A stretch of 64,000 nucleotides of DNA from Terriglobales bacterium. Its GTDB lineage: Bacteria; Acidobacteriota; Terriglobia; Terriglobales; Acidobacteriaceae. Both the position numbers and the translations under genes were made by a program. The notes under the pieces are model-generated. The model was given only the letters and a program-made list of their open reading frames with translations, made no database searches and was not told the DNA's origin. Below, in pieces: positions 1 to 9,698 of the stretch. The stretch lies in NCBI GenBank assembly GCA_036558645.1, contig DATBFG010000016.1, forward strand, positions 21,537 to 85,536. The letters are read 5' to 3'. Each line of letters opens with the position of its first letter. Position 1 is the stretch's first letter.

Positions 1-498
1 ATCGCGATTGGGCAAGATGTACTCGATGTCCTAGGCGCGGGCGATTTCATGCTTCGCAACTATCGCAGCCAGGTAGCCCGCGAGCCTTATGTGAACTTGT
101 TCATCGCTTACTTCCCTTCGCAGCGTACCGGAGACACGATTCATTCGCCGAAGAACTGTCTGCCCGGAGCCGGATGGCGACCCTTGGAGTCGAGCCGAAT
201 CAATCTCGAACTGCCCGGTCATGAACCGTTCCAGGTGAACCGGTACATAATCGCTAAGGGCCCGGATCGACAACTGGTGCTCTACTGGTACCTGGCACAC
301 GATCGCGCCATCGCCAGCGAGTACTGGGCGAAGTATTACCTTGTGGCAGATTCGATCAGACTTCATCGCAGCGACGGATCTCTGATCCGGGTTACTACGC
401 CTTTACAGAGCGACGAAGAGATCGACGTCGCCCAGCAGCGGCTCATCTCGCTCTCCAGTGGAGCTGTGCCCGTGCTGAACCAATACGTCCCTCGTTAA
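1..498 (+). CDS. epsI: EpsI-family exosortase-associated protein, 3' part. The ORF is open to the left window edge and could be the EpsI domain of an exosortase-EpsI fusion.
   Basis: Frame 1 has no stop from nt 1. The translation contains IHSPKNCLPGAGW, the H-x-P-x-x-C-L-P-G-x-G-W core I associate with EpsI. A PEP-CTERM-type TPR lipoprotein gene follows directly. Confidence 0.7.
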   Translation: MAIGQDVLDVLGAGDFMLRNYRSQVAREPYVNLFIAYFPSQRTGDTIHSPKNCLPGAGWRPLESSRINLELPGHEPFQVNRYIIAKGPDRQLVLYWYLAHDRAIASEYWAKYYLVADSIRLHRSDGSLIRVTTPLQSDEEIDVAQQRLISLSSGAVPVLNQYVPR

Positions 499-605
499 TC
501 GTGACGCAAGTAACTTTTTGGGGCGTGACAATTAAAGTACTTTGGCGCAGTTGACATGTGATGGGAATCAGCAGGCTCAGTCACAATAATGGATGGAGAT
601 ATCGA

Positions 606-2909
606 ATGAGGCATCGTAGCACTTCTTTTTTCTTAATCCTGGCGCTCGGACTGCTGTCGTTCTTAACGATTGGCTGTAACCGCAGTCCCGAAATCCGCAA
701 GCAGAAATATCTCGAAAGCGGGCAGCGCTATTTCGAGAAGGGCAAGTACCGCGAGGCAGCTATTCAGTTCGGCAACGCCATTCAAGTTGATTCCCACTTT
801 GCCGAAGCGCATTACCAACTCGCGCAGACACAACTTAAGCTGCAGCAGTGGTCGAGCGCGTATCGCGAACTGGGCCGCACGCTTGAACTGCAGCCTGACA
901 ATTACGCAGCGCATATTGACATTGCCAACCTGCTGATTTCAGGCGGCCAATTCAAAGCAGCGCAGGAGCATCTCGACCTCCTGCTGTCGAAGCAGCCGAA
1001 TGAATCGAAAGTACACGTCGCGGTTGCGAATCTGCTCTCCGCGCAAGGCAATACTGACGGTGCCATTCAGGAAATCCAGAAAGCTATTGGTCTCGATCCA
1101 AACCGATCCGAATCCTATGCCGACCTGGCTCTGTTGCAAATGCGCAACAACCAACCTGATCAGGCCGAGGCTAATTTCAAGAAAGCGATCGATCTGAACT
1201 CAAAATCTGTACATCCCCTGTTGTCGGTTGGGGCTTTCTATCAATCACGAGGACGATTTCCTGAGGCGGAACAGGAATACAAGCACGCGATCAGCAGCGA
1301 TCCAAAGAATGTCGAGGCTCGTGGCGCTCTTGCCCGGCTTTATATCGTGCAAGGACGGAGGAACGACGCGGAAGAGTTTCTGAAGCAAACCAAGAAGGAT
1401 CTCAGCGACGACTCTGTGGCTTATCGAATGCTGGGAGACTACTTTTTCGCCATCGGCGATCTCGACAAGGCTACCGCCGAGTATGCTTCGCTTAATAACG
1501 ACCATCCCAAGGACATGCTGGTAAAGAAAAATTACATCCAGCTTCTCATTCTCAAGCAGCGTCCGGACGAGGCAAGCAAGCTGGTGGAGGAAATCCTCAA
1601 ACAGAATGCGAACGATCCGGAAGCGCTCGTCTATAAAGGTCAGATCCAGATACGGCAGGGGCATCCTCAGCAAGCAGTGGACACGCTGCAGACAGCGCTT
1701 AAAAACACCCCTGACAACGCAGTAGCGCACTACCACCTCGGAATGGCATTTAACGACTTAGGAAATCTGGCACAGGCGCAGAGCCACTGGCGGGATGCAG
1801 TGCGTCTGAATCCCACTTTGCTCGAGGCTCAACGGGCTCTGGCTGGGGCCGCGATTCGCCAGAACGATATGACTTCACTCGAGCAGGCGGCAAGCCGGAT
1901 TGTCATGCAGCAGCCACGCTCTCCCGATGGGTATGGACTCCTCGCGCTCGCCGCAATGAATCAGAAGCAGTTTGCAAAAGCCGAAGAACAGATCAACAAA
2001 GCGATCGCGGTCGCGCCTGAGAGTGCGGTCGGATACATTCAGATGGGAAATCTGCGGTTACAGCAAAAACAGCTTCCGGCAGCGGCAAAAGCCTTTCAGC
2101 AGGCGCTGGACCATGACCAGTCGTCCTCCGATGCCCTCAGGGGATTGATGAACATCTACATCAATCAAAAACAGATTGATAAAGCAGTAACTCTGGTGAA
2201 TGCACAGATCGCAAAAGCCCCAGGCAGCAGCGCTTTTTACGATCTGCTGGGCACGATTCTCTATAACAACAAAAAGGATCTCGACGGAGCCGAGCAGGCG
2301 TTCAAGAAATCCGCCGAACTGGACAAGAACAATGCGGACGCTCTCGTGAAACTTGGCCAGGTGCAGATTGCCAAGGGTGCGGTTGATCAGGCACTTGCCA
2401 CCTATCAGAATTCGGTGAAGGACAATCCGCGCGACGCGAGCTTTTATATTCTGATGGGTGAGCTCTACGAGTCGAGGCGGGAGTGGGACAACGCGAAGCA
2501 AGCCTATCAAAAAGCACTTGAGATTCTTCCCGACAATCCATTGGCCTCGAATAATCTGGCTTATGTGATGCTGGAATCAGGGGGCAACGTGGACGTGGCG
2601 CTCTCGCTGGCGCAGGTCGGCCGCCGCGGTATGCCTGATTCTCCGAATGCGGCGGACACACTTGGCTGGGTGTTCTATCAGAAGGGTTCCTATAAAGCAG
2701 CGATCGATCTATTCCAAGAAGCCATAAAGCTGGGCGAAAAGAACAAGTTGGCGGACGATGCCACGATGCATTACCACCTCGGGCTCGCCTATCAGAAGGA
2801 CAACCAGCCGGAGTTGGCGAAGCAACATCTTGAACGTGTTCTGAAAATTAATCCAAATTATTCCGGGGCCGCGGACGTAAAGAAGGCGCTCGCACAGCTG
2901 CAGTCGTAG
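606..2909 (+). CDS. prsT: PEP-CTERM-system-type TPR-repeat lipoprotein (PrsT-like)
   Basis: About 768 aa consisting almost entirely of TPR repeats. The signal peptide MRHRSTSFFLILALGLLSFLTIGC has a lipobox. GGAG lies 7 nt upstream of the ATG at 606. The gene sits immediately downstream of epsI. The ORF track's longer start (558) would add a non-signal-like extension. Confidence 0.65.
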   Translation: MRHRSTSFFLILALGLLSFLTIGCNRSPEIRKQKYLESGQRYFEKGKYREAAIQFGNAIQVDSHFAEAHYQLAQTQLKLQQWSSAYRELGRTLELQPDNYAAHIDIANLLISGGQFKAAQEHLDLLLSKQPNESKVHVAVANLLSAQGNTDGAIQEIQKAIGLDPNRSESYADLALLQMRNNQPDQAEANFKKAIDLNSKSVHPLLSVGAFYQSRGRFPEAEQEYKHAISSDPKNVEARGALARLYIVQGRRNDAEEFLKQTKKDLSDDSVAYRMLGDYFFAIGDLDKATAEYASLNNDHPKDMLVKKNYIQLLILKQRPDEASKLVEEILKQNANDPEALVYKGQIQIRQGHPQQAVDTLQTALKNTPDNAVAHYHLGMAFNDLGNLAQAQSHWRDAVRLNPTLLEAQRALAGAAIRQNDMTSLEQAASRIVMQQPRSPDGYGLLALAAMNQKQFAKAEEQINKAIAVAPESAVGYIQMGNLRLQQKQLPAAAKAFQQALDHDQSSSDALRGLMNIYINQKQIDKAVTLVNAQIAKAPGSSAFYDLLGTILYNNKKDLDGAEQAFKKSAELDKNNADALVKLGQVQIAKGAVDQALATYQNSVKDNPRDASFYILMGELYESRREWDNAKQAYQKALEILPDNPLASNNLAYVMLESGGNVDVALSLAQVGRRGMPDSPNAADTLGWVFYQKGSYKAAIDLFQEAIKLGEKNKLADDATMHYHLGLAYQKDNQPELAKQHLERVLKINPNYSGAADVKKALAQLQS

Positions 2910-2931
2910 GTGTCACAGGATGCGATTGATG

Positions 2932-5900
2932 TTATTCGTCTCCCGCAGCTTTTTCCGTATTTGCCCAATGATCTCGCATTTTCTCGGCAAATTCGGGTTG
3001 TATTGGCTGGAGGCCGGACTGTTTCAAGTTTAGATTTAAGGCAGGGATGTCCTTCGCCTTTAGCGCCTGCCACTTCGTCAACTGCTGATTCAGAGCGCCG
3101 CTCACCAGCCCAAACATCACCGACGCCTGCGCCGTCGGGGCAGTATCTGCGCCATCCACGGAAGACAACAAGTCTTTCAGGGCAAGATTTAGACCGATCA
3201 GGCTGCGACCATTGGGCGAACCGAGATATCGGCCACCTGGGTCTCCCCCTTCCAGTTCGGCAGCCTTCTCATCGAGAGCCTTGATCGCAGCTTCAGGTCG
3301 CGAGGGATTGTGCAGATTACCCAACTCGGTGCGAATTGAGTGAACTTCCTGAAGAGCGTCGTAATCCTGCTGCATGGCAGCCACAATCTTTGACTCGAGT
3401 TCAAACTGCCGCTCTAACTCCGCTTGCGTGGCCTTCACACGCGGATCCATCTTGATCTCCAGCGGCTGCGAATAGGTCCTGCCATTAACAGAGAGCTTCA
3501 CCACATACTTACCAGGAAGGACCGCCTGACCCAGCGGGTATCTAGGCGTGTCGCGGTAAATGGCGGAGATTGGAAATTCTTTTTCGATCGACCGAGGAGG
3601 CGGATACCGCAGATTCCAGACGAACCGATGCATCCCAGCTGCCGCTGATAGAGTTTGGATGGGCCTGATCCAGTAAGTCGGGATGTTGATTTCATCCGGA
3701 TCGACGACTTCGGCCTGATCAGTGCTGGAGAAGCGACGTACAAGCTTCCCGGCAGCGTCAAATACCTCGAGCGTAACCGCACCATTCGCGGCGGATTGCA
3801 GGTAGTAGTCAATCATGGCGCCGTCGGGAGGATTCTGTCCCGCTGGCTCTTCTGGTGGCAATGGTGTGTCGGTATTGTTGTTGCGACGTACTCGATAGGT
3901 CAGTTGCGGCGCATAAAGATATTCTGTGGCGACCGCAATCTTGGAATCCAGCTGCCGTAAAGGCGTTATGTTGTCGAGAATCCAGAATGATCGCCCGTGC
4001 GTTCCGACTACCACGTCGTCTTGATGGATGACCAGGTCGCGAACCGAACTGGCGGGAAGATTCAATCGCAGTGACTGCCAATGATCTCCCTCGTCGAGGG
4101 AGAAATAGACACTACGCTCCGTTCCAGCGAACAACAGGCCTTTACGAACCGGATCTTCTCGAACAGCGTTGACCGGTTCATCTTCGGGCAGCCCAGTCAC
4201 AATCTTTTGCCAGGTCTTGCCTGCGTCATGGGTACGATAGATATGAGGACGGAGATCATCGAGGCGAAAGCGGTTGACGGCCGCATATACTGTCGATGTG
4301 TCGAAGTGTGACGCGTCCATCTGTGCGAGTTTGCTCCATGGCGTCAACTCCGAAGGCGTCACATTCTGCCAGTTCTTACCACCGTCGCGGGTGACTTGTA
4401 TTTGGCCGTCATCGGTGCCAGCCCAAATGAGATTGACATCCTTTGGAGATGGAGCGAGAGAATAAATTACCCCACGGTGCTTCCCTTTCATAGGATCCGA
4501 ATCGGCGAATGCACCGAGGCTTGCCGGCGTGCCAGGGTCTTCTCGCGTCAAATCAGGGCTGATGATCTCCCAACTTTTCCCGCCAGTCGTGGTCTTGAAG
4601 AGCACGTTAGATCCGAGATAGAGAATGTGCGAATCTACGGGAGAAAAAATCAGTGGCGCCGTACGGTTGAAGCGAAACTGGCCGGTGCGTAACACGAAAG
4701 GCGAAACATCTTCTGTCTGGCCGGTCGTGCGATCGAATCGGCTCACTTTTCCGCCATAGATGATGTTGGGATTCAGCGGATCTGGGGCGACATAGCCATA
4801 TTCTTCTACCCCTACAGGTAGCCAATCCCGAAATGTGATGCTGCCGAAATCACTGCGGCTTGCAGTCCCGGCACTTCCGCTCTCCTGCTGCCCTCCATAA
4901 ACCCAGTAGGGAAACTGATTGTCGGTGATCACGTGATAGAACTGTGCCGTCGGCTGGTTGTACCAGGAACTCCAGGACTGGCCACCATTCACGCTGATCG
5001 TTGCGCCTTGATCGACTGCCATGGCAATGATCTGTGGATTTTCCGGGTTGATCCAGATGGTATGGTAGTCATCGCCTCCCGGCGCCCCCTTAATGGCAGT
5101 AAATGTGCGCCCTGCGTTGCTGGAACGGTAGGTAGAAATATTGGCAACATAGATTGTGTTCTTGTCTTTTGGATCAACTCTGACACACGCGAAGTCGTCG
5201 CCACGCCCCCAGATTCGCTCGTCCGAATTCACCCGTTCCCAACTTTCTCCGGCGTTATCGGAACGATAGAGGCCGCTGGTAGCACGGGAGTCGACCAAGG
5301 CGTAGATGCGTTGTCCATCAGAGGGCGCCACGCCAATTCCAATCCGTCCCAAGCCATCGGACCAGGTTGGCAGCCCCTTTGTGAGTTGACGCCACGTGGC
5401 ACCGCCATCGGTCGACTTGTAGAGTCCGCTGCCCGCGGCGCTATACGCGCCGCCGGTGGTCCACGGCGGACGACGAGAAGACCACATGTCGGCGTACAGG
5501 ACCTGTGGATTAGAGGGATCGAATGCGAGATCGATCGCCCCGGTATTCTCGTCCTTATAGAGGACTTTCTCCCAGTGCGCGCCACCATCCAAAGAGCGGA
5601 AAACACCTCTTTCGACGTTAGGACCATAAGGATGGCCAAGCACGGCAACAAAGACGCGGCTTGGATTGTCGGGATCGATCAGTATCGAACCAATCTGTTG
5701 ACCATCGCGCAATCCGAGGTGCGTCCAGGTATGGCCCCCATCCGTGGACTTATAGATTCCGTCTCCGACGGAAAGGTCAGGCCGACGAAGGCCCTCGCCA
5801 CTGCCTACGTAAATCACGTCTGGATTCGACGGCGCGATGGCCAGTGCGCCAATCGACCCGGTGGGCTGGTCATCAAAAATGGGCTGCCAGGTCCGTCCAT

Positions 5901-6126
5901 AGTCTGTTGTGCGCCATACTCCGCCATTGTTCGGGGCCATGTAAAAAACGTTGGGCTGGGATGGGATACCGCTGATAGCCACCGTGCGACCGGCGCGAAA
6001 AGGGCCAATCGAACGCCAGCGCATCTCCTGGAATAGATTAGGGTTGAATTCTTGCCCGCCGCAGGCAAGGCCAGCCAAAACTGAGCTGCCAAGAACCGCC
6101 CAATGAAACCATCGAGCCAGACGCAT
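2932..6126 (-). CDS. Secreted BNR/Asp-box repeat beta-propeller protein (sortilin/VPS10-like, 'BNR repeat glycosyl hydrolase' type)
   Basis: At least 11 Asp-box-like motifs (TTDYGRTW, STDGGHTW, SLDGGAHW, STDGGATW, TRDGGKNW, THDAGKTW and others). Signal peptide MRLARWFHWAVLGSSVLAGLACGG. GGAGG lies upstream of the ATG at 6126. Confidence 0.75.
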   Translation of the reverse strand: MRLARWFHWAVLGSSVLAGLACGGQEFNPNLFQEMRWRSIGPFRAGRTVAISGIPSQPNVFYMAPNNGGVWRTTDYGRTWQPIFDDQPTGSIGALAIAPSNPDVIYVGSGEGLRRPDLSVGDGIYKSTDGGHTWTHLGLRDGQQIGSILIDPDNPSRVFVAVLGHPYGPNVERGVFRSLDGGAHWEKVLYKDENTGAIDLAFDPSNPQVLYADMWSSRRPPWTTGGAYSAAGSGLYKSTDGGATWRQLTKGLPTWSDGLGRIGIGVAPSDGQRIYALVDSRATSGLYRSDNAGESWERVNSDERIWGRGDDFACVRVDPKDKNTIYVANISTYRSSNAGRTFTAIKGAPGGDDYHTIWINPENPQIIAMAVDQGATISVNGGQSWSSWYNQPTAQFYHVITDNQFPYWVYGGQQESGSAGTASRSDFGSITFRDWLPVGVEEYGYVAPDPLNPNIIYGGKVSRFDRTTGQTEDVSPFVLRTGQFRFNRTAPLIFSPVDSHILYLGSNVLFKTTTGGKSWEIISPDLTREDPGTPASLGAFADSDPMKGKHRGVIYSLAPSPKDVNLIWAGTDDGQIQVTRDGGKNWQNVTPSELTPWSKLAQMDASHFDTSTVYAAVNRFRLDDLRPHIYRTHDAGKTWQKIVTGLPEDEPVNAVREDPVRKGLLFAGTERSVYFSLDEGDHWQSLRLNLPASSVRDLVIHQDDVVVGTHGRSFWILDNITPLRQLDSKIAVATEYLYAPQLTYRVRRNNNTDTPLPPEEPAGQNPPDGAMIDYYLQSAANGAVTLEVFDAAGKLVRRFSSTDQAEVVDPDEINIPTYWIRPIQTLSAAAGMHRFVWNLRYPPPRSIEKEFPISAIYRDTPRYPLGQAVLPGKYVVKLSVNGRTYSQPLEIKMDPRVKATQAELERQFELESKIVAAMQQDYDALQEVHSIRTELGNLHNPSRPEAAIKALDEKAAELEGGDPGGRYLGSPNGRSLIGLNLALKDLLSSVDGADTAPTAQASVMFGLVSGALNQQLTKWQALKAKDIPALNLNLKQSGLQPIQPEFAEKMRDHWANTEKAAGDE

Positions 6127-6353
6127 GCATACCTCCAGGAGGAGGTAAGGATAAACCAATGATGTCACGCCGGCCGCACGGCTTGTTCTGATTTCAGAAC
6201 AAAAATCATTTTCTTGCGGAAAAGATCGACTCTGCGGGTAGCGTGCTTCTTCCTTCCCCCATGCGATTACCAAAAGAGGTGAGAATGCGGGATCGTGTGC
6301 TCACAACCGTAAAAGGAAATTTCAGCGGACATACTCAGATGAGGAGAGATCTG

Positions 6354-6569
6354 ATGAAAATTCGCGAGATTTTGGTGGAACTGAGGGAGCGAAAACGATC
6401 GTTAAACCGGGCCATTGCTGCGTTGGAGGCCCTTGAGCACGAGTCTCGTGTAGGACGCAGGCGCCGAGGGAAGAGGGCGACAGAGAAGTTCGAGGACAAG
6501 ACAACTGAGGCCTTGAACGGAACCACTGGTGTGTTGATTCCGTTCTCACGAGGCCGTCGTCAAAAATAA
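6354..6569 (+). CDS. Small hypothetical protein (71 aa) with an N-terminal heptad/coiled-coil-like segment and an Arg/Lys-rich tail
   Basis: GAGGAG lies 7 nt upstream of the ATG at 6354. The pattern ILVELRERKRSLNRAIAALEALE is shared with the convergent neighbour. The longer ORF from 6243 has no SD and overlaps the upstream gene's promoter region. Confidence 0.45.
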   Translation: MKIREILVELRERKRSLNRAIAALEALEHESRVGRRRRGKRATEKFEDKTTEALNGTTGVLIPFSRGRRQK

Positions 6570-6589
6570 CCCCACACACTCTATGGGAG

Positions 6590-6835
6590 TTATGCCGCCC
6601 GTCTTTGCTGCTTGGCCTTCCACTTGGCCCAGCGAGCACGCTGGGCATCAGCGATCCGTTTGCGCGCCGCCGCCGACATGAAGCGGCGCTTGGGTGTTCC
6701 GGCACGGTAGCCATTGACTCCGCTCTTTCCCAATCCTTGCAGGGCAGAAATCGCGGCATCAATGCGACCCAGTTCACCTTCGACTGTTTTCCGTTGAGCC
6801 TGCAGCTGGCCCAAGATTTGAGACATACTTTTCAT
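6590..6835 (-). CDS. Small hypothetical protein (81 aa) with a coiled-coil-like N-terminus and a basic C-terminus (RKRIADAQRARWAKWKAKQQRR)
   Basis: GAGGGGGA SD-like sequence about 8 nt upstream of the ATG at 6835. The amino-acid composition is clean compared with the overlapping 151-aa ORF in another frame. Confidence 0.55.
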   Translation of the reverse strand: MKSMSQILGQLQAQRKTVEGELGRIDAAISALQGLGKSGVNGYRAGTPKRRFMSAAARKRIADAQRARWAKWKAKQQRRAA

Positions 6836-7484
6836 TTTTGAATCCCCCTCAATTTGTGTTGATTGTAACGGCCGTCGCCCGGGAAGTAACGGGGGTTACG
6901 CCCAAGGCAAGCACCTTTACAACTTACATATGAAGAACTCCGGTTGGCTACTACATGAACTCGGCCACAGCTTCTTGCGAATAACTCAGACTGCTGTTGC
7001 CGGTAGCTATGATCTCAAAAAATAGCCTTTCCTTCAAAGTAAAGATTTTGTCTTAATGAACAAATCTTTACTAAATCACCGATTTCCATCCGACGAACTC
7101 GGTCTAGAGTCGCTCCGAAAACTGCACGCGGCCAGATTTCGGCTCACAGCTTGGGATTTGTGAGTTCCGTTCTGGGATAATTTGCCGTGCAGCACGCGGC
7201 AGTCTCTCTAAGTCTGTTCATCAGATCCACGATAAAGACTATGAGATCGCTAGTAGCCTGTCATCTGTCAAAGTGAGAAAGTGACACAAGACTAGAAGGT
7301 GTTCTCACATCGAAAATTGAGTGTCAGTAGGATCATCCGATGACTTTTTCAAATCAGGGACGCGACAACGCGATATGGTCCAGGAAGTACGAAGACAGGC
7401 GACTCAACAAGTGCAAAGTTTCTGCACACCTGGTGCAAAGACCATGACCCGCAGTTATGTCTCCGCGAAATGAATCACCCTTAC

Positions 7485-7517
7485 GCAAAAACCCCGCTCA
7501 TTCAATCGAGCGGGGTG
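7485..7517 (-). terminator. Rho-independent terminator of the phosphoesterase gene
   Basis: A 9-bp perfect stem (accccgctc / gagcggggt, 7491-7499 and 7508-7516) is followed on the minus strand by TTTTTG. It lies about 25 nt after the stop at 7542. Confidence 0.7.
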
Positions 7518-7541
7518 CGATCGGATCCGGACTTAACGAGC

Positions 7542-9479
7542 TTATTTGGGACTAAAGTTGAACAAGTCGGTGAGATCGCTGATGGCCGGACTGTTGGTGG
7601 GCACATAGGGGTTTGCACCCACGATAGGATTTGGCATATTGTCGCGGCTGCGACCGGATACCGGCGCCAATCCCCAATTCTTTTCAATGAATTTCAGAAT
7701 TGAAGCGTGATCGGAGTAGCTGTGTGAAACGGCTCCGCCCGTCGAGTAGGGAGAAACAACGATAAGCGGAATGCGAGTTCCATCGCCAAAGAAGTCGAGA
7801 GGTTGGATGTATCCGGAGTCCCAGTATCCGCCTCCTTCATCCACGGTAATGAAGATCGCCGTTGTGGCCCAGAGCGAAGGATTCGCCTGAAGCTGGTCGA
7901 TAATCTTTTTTGTGAAGGCCTCAAAGAGGTTGAACTTCGAGGAGTCCGGATGGCCGTCGAGGAACCCGGACGGTTTTACATATGACACAGCCGGGAGCGC
8001 GCCAGTGCTGATGTCGTTGTAGAAGTCGGTGACATCCTTCAGGTGTTCCTGCCGTTGAGCCGCGTCGGCCATAATAGAGGTCTCGTACTGGGCGAAGTTG
8101 CAGATATCGCAATAGCGATTCCATGGGTTCTGGTAGTTGGGATCTTGCAGGTAGAGGTTCCAGTGCTCGCCGTAGTACTTCCACGAAATATTGGCAGTGT
8201 TGAGCGAGTCCGCAATCGTGGGAACGGTTGAGGGTGGAATGACAAACTCGCCCGTGTTAACGGAGCCATCACCGAAGTATCCCGGAGCATAGTTGTTAAG
8301 CAGATAGTAGGCTCCGCGAGCGCAGTTTGGATTCGGCTTGTAAGCCAGTGTGTTGAGATACGAAACGATTTCCCTTACGCCGGGTTGGCCCCGATCCGAA
8401 CAGTTGCTGTACGTGCCTCCACTGTAGCCATCCTGCGTGTACCAATTGTTGGTTCCGGGCATGGGATCAGGATTTTCGATCTGGTTGCTGGAGGGAGTGG
8501 CGACGTTGCCCTGCCCGTCGCTGTAATAGATGGCATCGCCGGAACCAAGCATGAAGCTGTTTGCGCCAGTTCCACCGGCGAAAGGCTGATGGTAGTTGTC
8601 TGAAATCGCGTAGGTCTGCGCGAGTGTGTTGAAGTACGGCATGTCGCCTTGCTGCACGTTGTAGAAGCCCATGGCGATGGATCCCTCAAGAGTCGTTTCC
8701 CAATTGAAGGGACTTGGTCGCGGAGCCCCGTTCGACCCTGCTCCGACCGAAACCTCGACATAAGGAAACAAATCGGACAGGCAACCACTCGGATTGTTGG
8801 GGGTAGCGTTCTTCACGCTGCAGTCTTGCTGTTGCCACATCTGATAGAAGCGATGCACGGGACTACCCGCGTAATCGTCATAGCTTAGAGTGGGCGTCAG
8901 TTGGTAGGGACCATTCCTGAGATTGAAGACGTTCTTTACACGAGTATCGACAGCGCCGAATGGCATGCCAGTGGCGCCGGTCAACAGCAGGCCATAGTCG
9001 CCAGATTCCAGGCCCGGTTCCGCATCCAGGGCTGCCGTTAAGCTCTGAAAGGGCGCAGGATTCGTGTCGCTCGGATTTATGGGCGAGAACTGCACATTGG
9101 TCGGCGGCAGTTTCGCCCACGGAGCTTTGAATTGTGGACTGAGTTGGAACTGCTGGGTAATGTTGGCGTGATACTGCGTTGCAAGGTTGAAGTTCGGTCC
9201 GGGCGTTCCGTCCGCATTGACGATCCCTTTTGACAGCAGGTTGTCGACAGTTTGGCCGGCTGGCGGGACATAGGTCGCAAACAGGTGATCGAATGTGCGA
9301 TTCTCGCCTATGATTACTATGACATGTTGGATGGGCGTGGTGGTCAAGGCGTCCCGCGGCTTCACCGGTTGAGCCGCAAGTGCGGAAGGATCCGCCAGAT
9401 TAGCCATCATTGAAAGCAGAGTTGTTGCCAGGCCGAGGTGCCGCCCGGTCGTGCGAAGAATGCTTGAAACCTTCATCAT
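7542..9479 (-). CDS. Phosphoesterase-family protein (non-haemolytic phospholipase C / AcpA acid phosphatase family), secreted
   Basis: The N-terminal motif VIIGENRTFDHLFATY and the C-terminal motif DHASILKFIEKNWGL are typical of the Pfam Phosphoesterase family. GGAGGAAAG lies just upstream of the ATGATG at 9479. A signal-like N-terminus is present. Confidence 0.85.
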   Translation of the reverse strand: MMKVSSILRTTGRHLGLATTLLSMMANLADPSALAAQPVKPRDALTTTPIQHVIVIIGENRTFDHLFATYVPPAGQTVDNLLSKGIVNADGTPGPNFNLATQYHANITQQFQLSPQFKAPWAKLPPTNVQFSPINPSDTNPAPFQSLTAALDAEPGLESGDYGLLLTGATGMPFGAVDTRVKNVFNLRNGPYQLTPTLSYDDYAGSPVHRFYQMWQQQDCSVKNATPNNPSGCLSDLFPYVEVSVGAGSNGAPRPSPFNWETTLEGSIAMGFYNVQQGDMPYFNTLAQTYAISDNYHQPFAGGTGANSFMLGSGDAIYYSDGQGNVATPSSNQIENPDPMPGTNNWYTQDGYSGGTYSNCSDRGQPGVREIVSYLNTLAYKPNPNCARGAYYLLNNYAPGYFGDGSVNTGEFVIPPSTVPTIADSLNTANISWKYYGEHWNLYLQDPNYQNPWNRYCDICNFAQYETSIMADAAQRQEHLKDVTDFYNDISTGALPAVSYVKPSGFLDGHPDSSKFNLFEAFTKKIIDQLQANPSLWATTAIFITVDEGGGYWDSGYIQPLDFFGDGTRIPLIVVSPYSTGGAVSHSYSDHASILKFIEKNWGLAPVSGRSRDNMPNPIVGANPYVPTNSPAISDLTDLFNFSPK

Positions 9480-9698
9480 CTTTCCTCCAAATGAATTGTT
9501 CGCATTTCGCCCCAAGCATTCGTTTCAGGTTGGGCGGCTTTGATTAATTCAAGGTGAATCGAACGTAAATGAGAGATGAAAGTTTGGTGACAGAGTTGTC
9601 GAATCTGTGCAAAACGGGTCGGGTTTCTGCGGATTATCTAAGTGGAACGCCTCAACCAGATCTGGATAACTATAGCTTTCCGAATGTCTGTATGCGGG

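Noticed and set aside
4933-6036. 367-aa ORF on the plus strand
   Set aside because: It lies entirely antisense to the well-supported BNR-repeat gene. Its composition is Arg/Gly/Ala-rich and low in complexity, and it has no motifs. It is a typical shadow ORF of GC-rich coding DNA.
6322-6777. 151-aa minus-strand ORF spanning both small-protein genes
   Set aside because: Its composition is Ser/Pro/Arg-rich and it has no SD. The two shorter ORFs each have SD-like sequences and a coherent coiled-coil/basic architecture.
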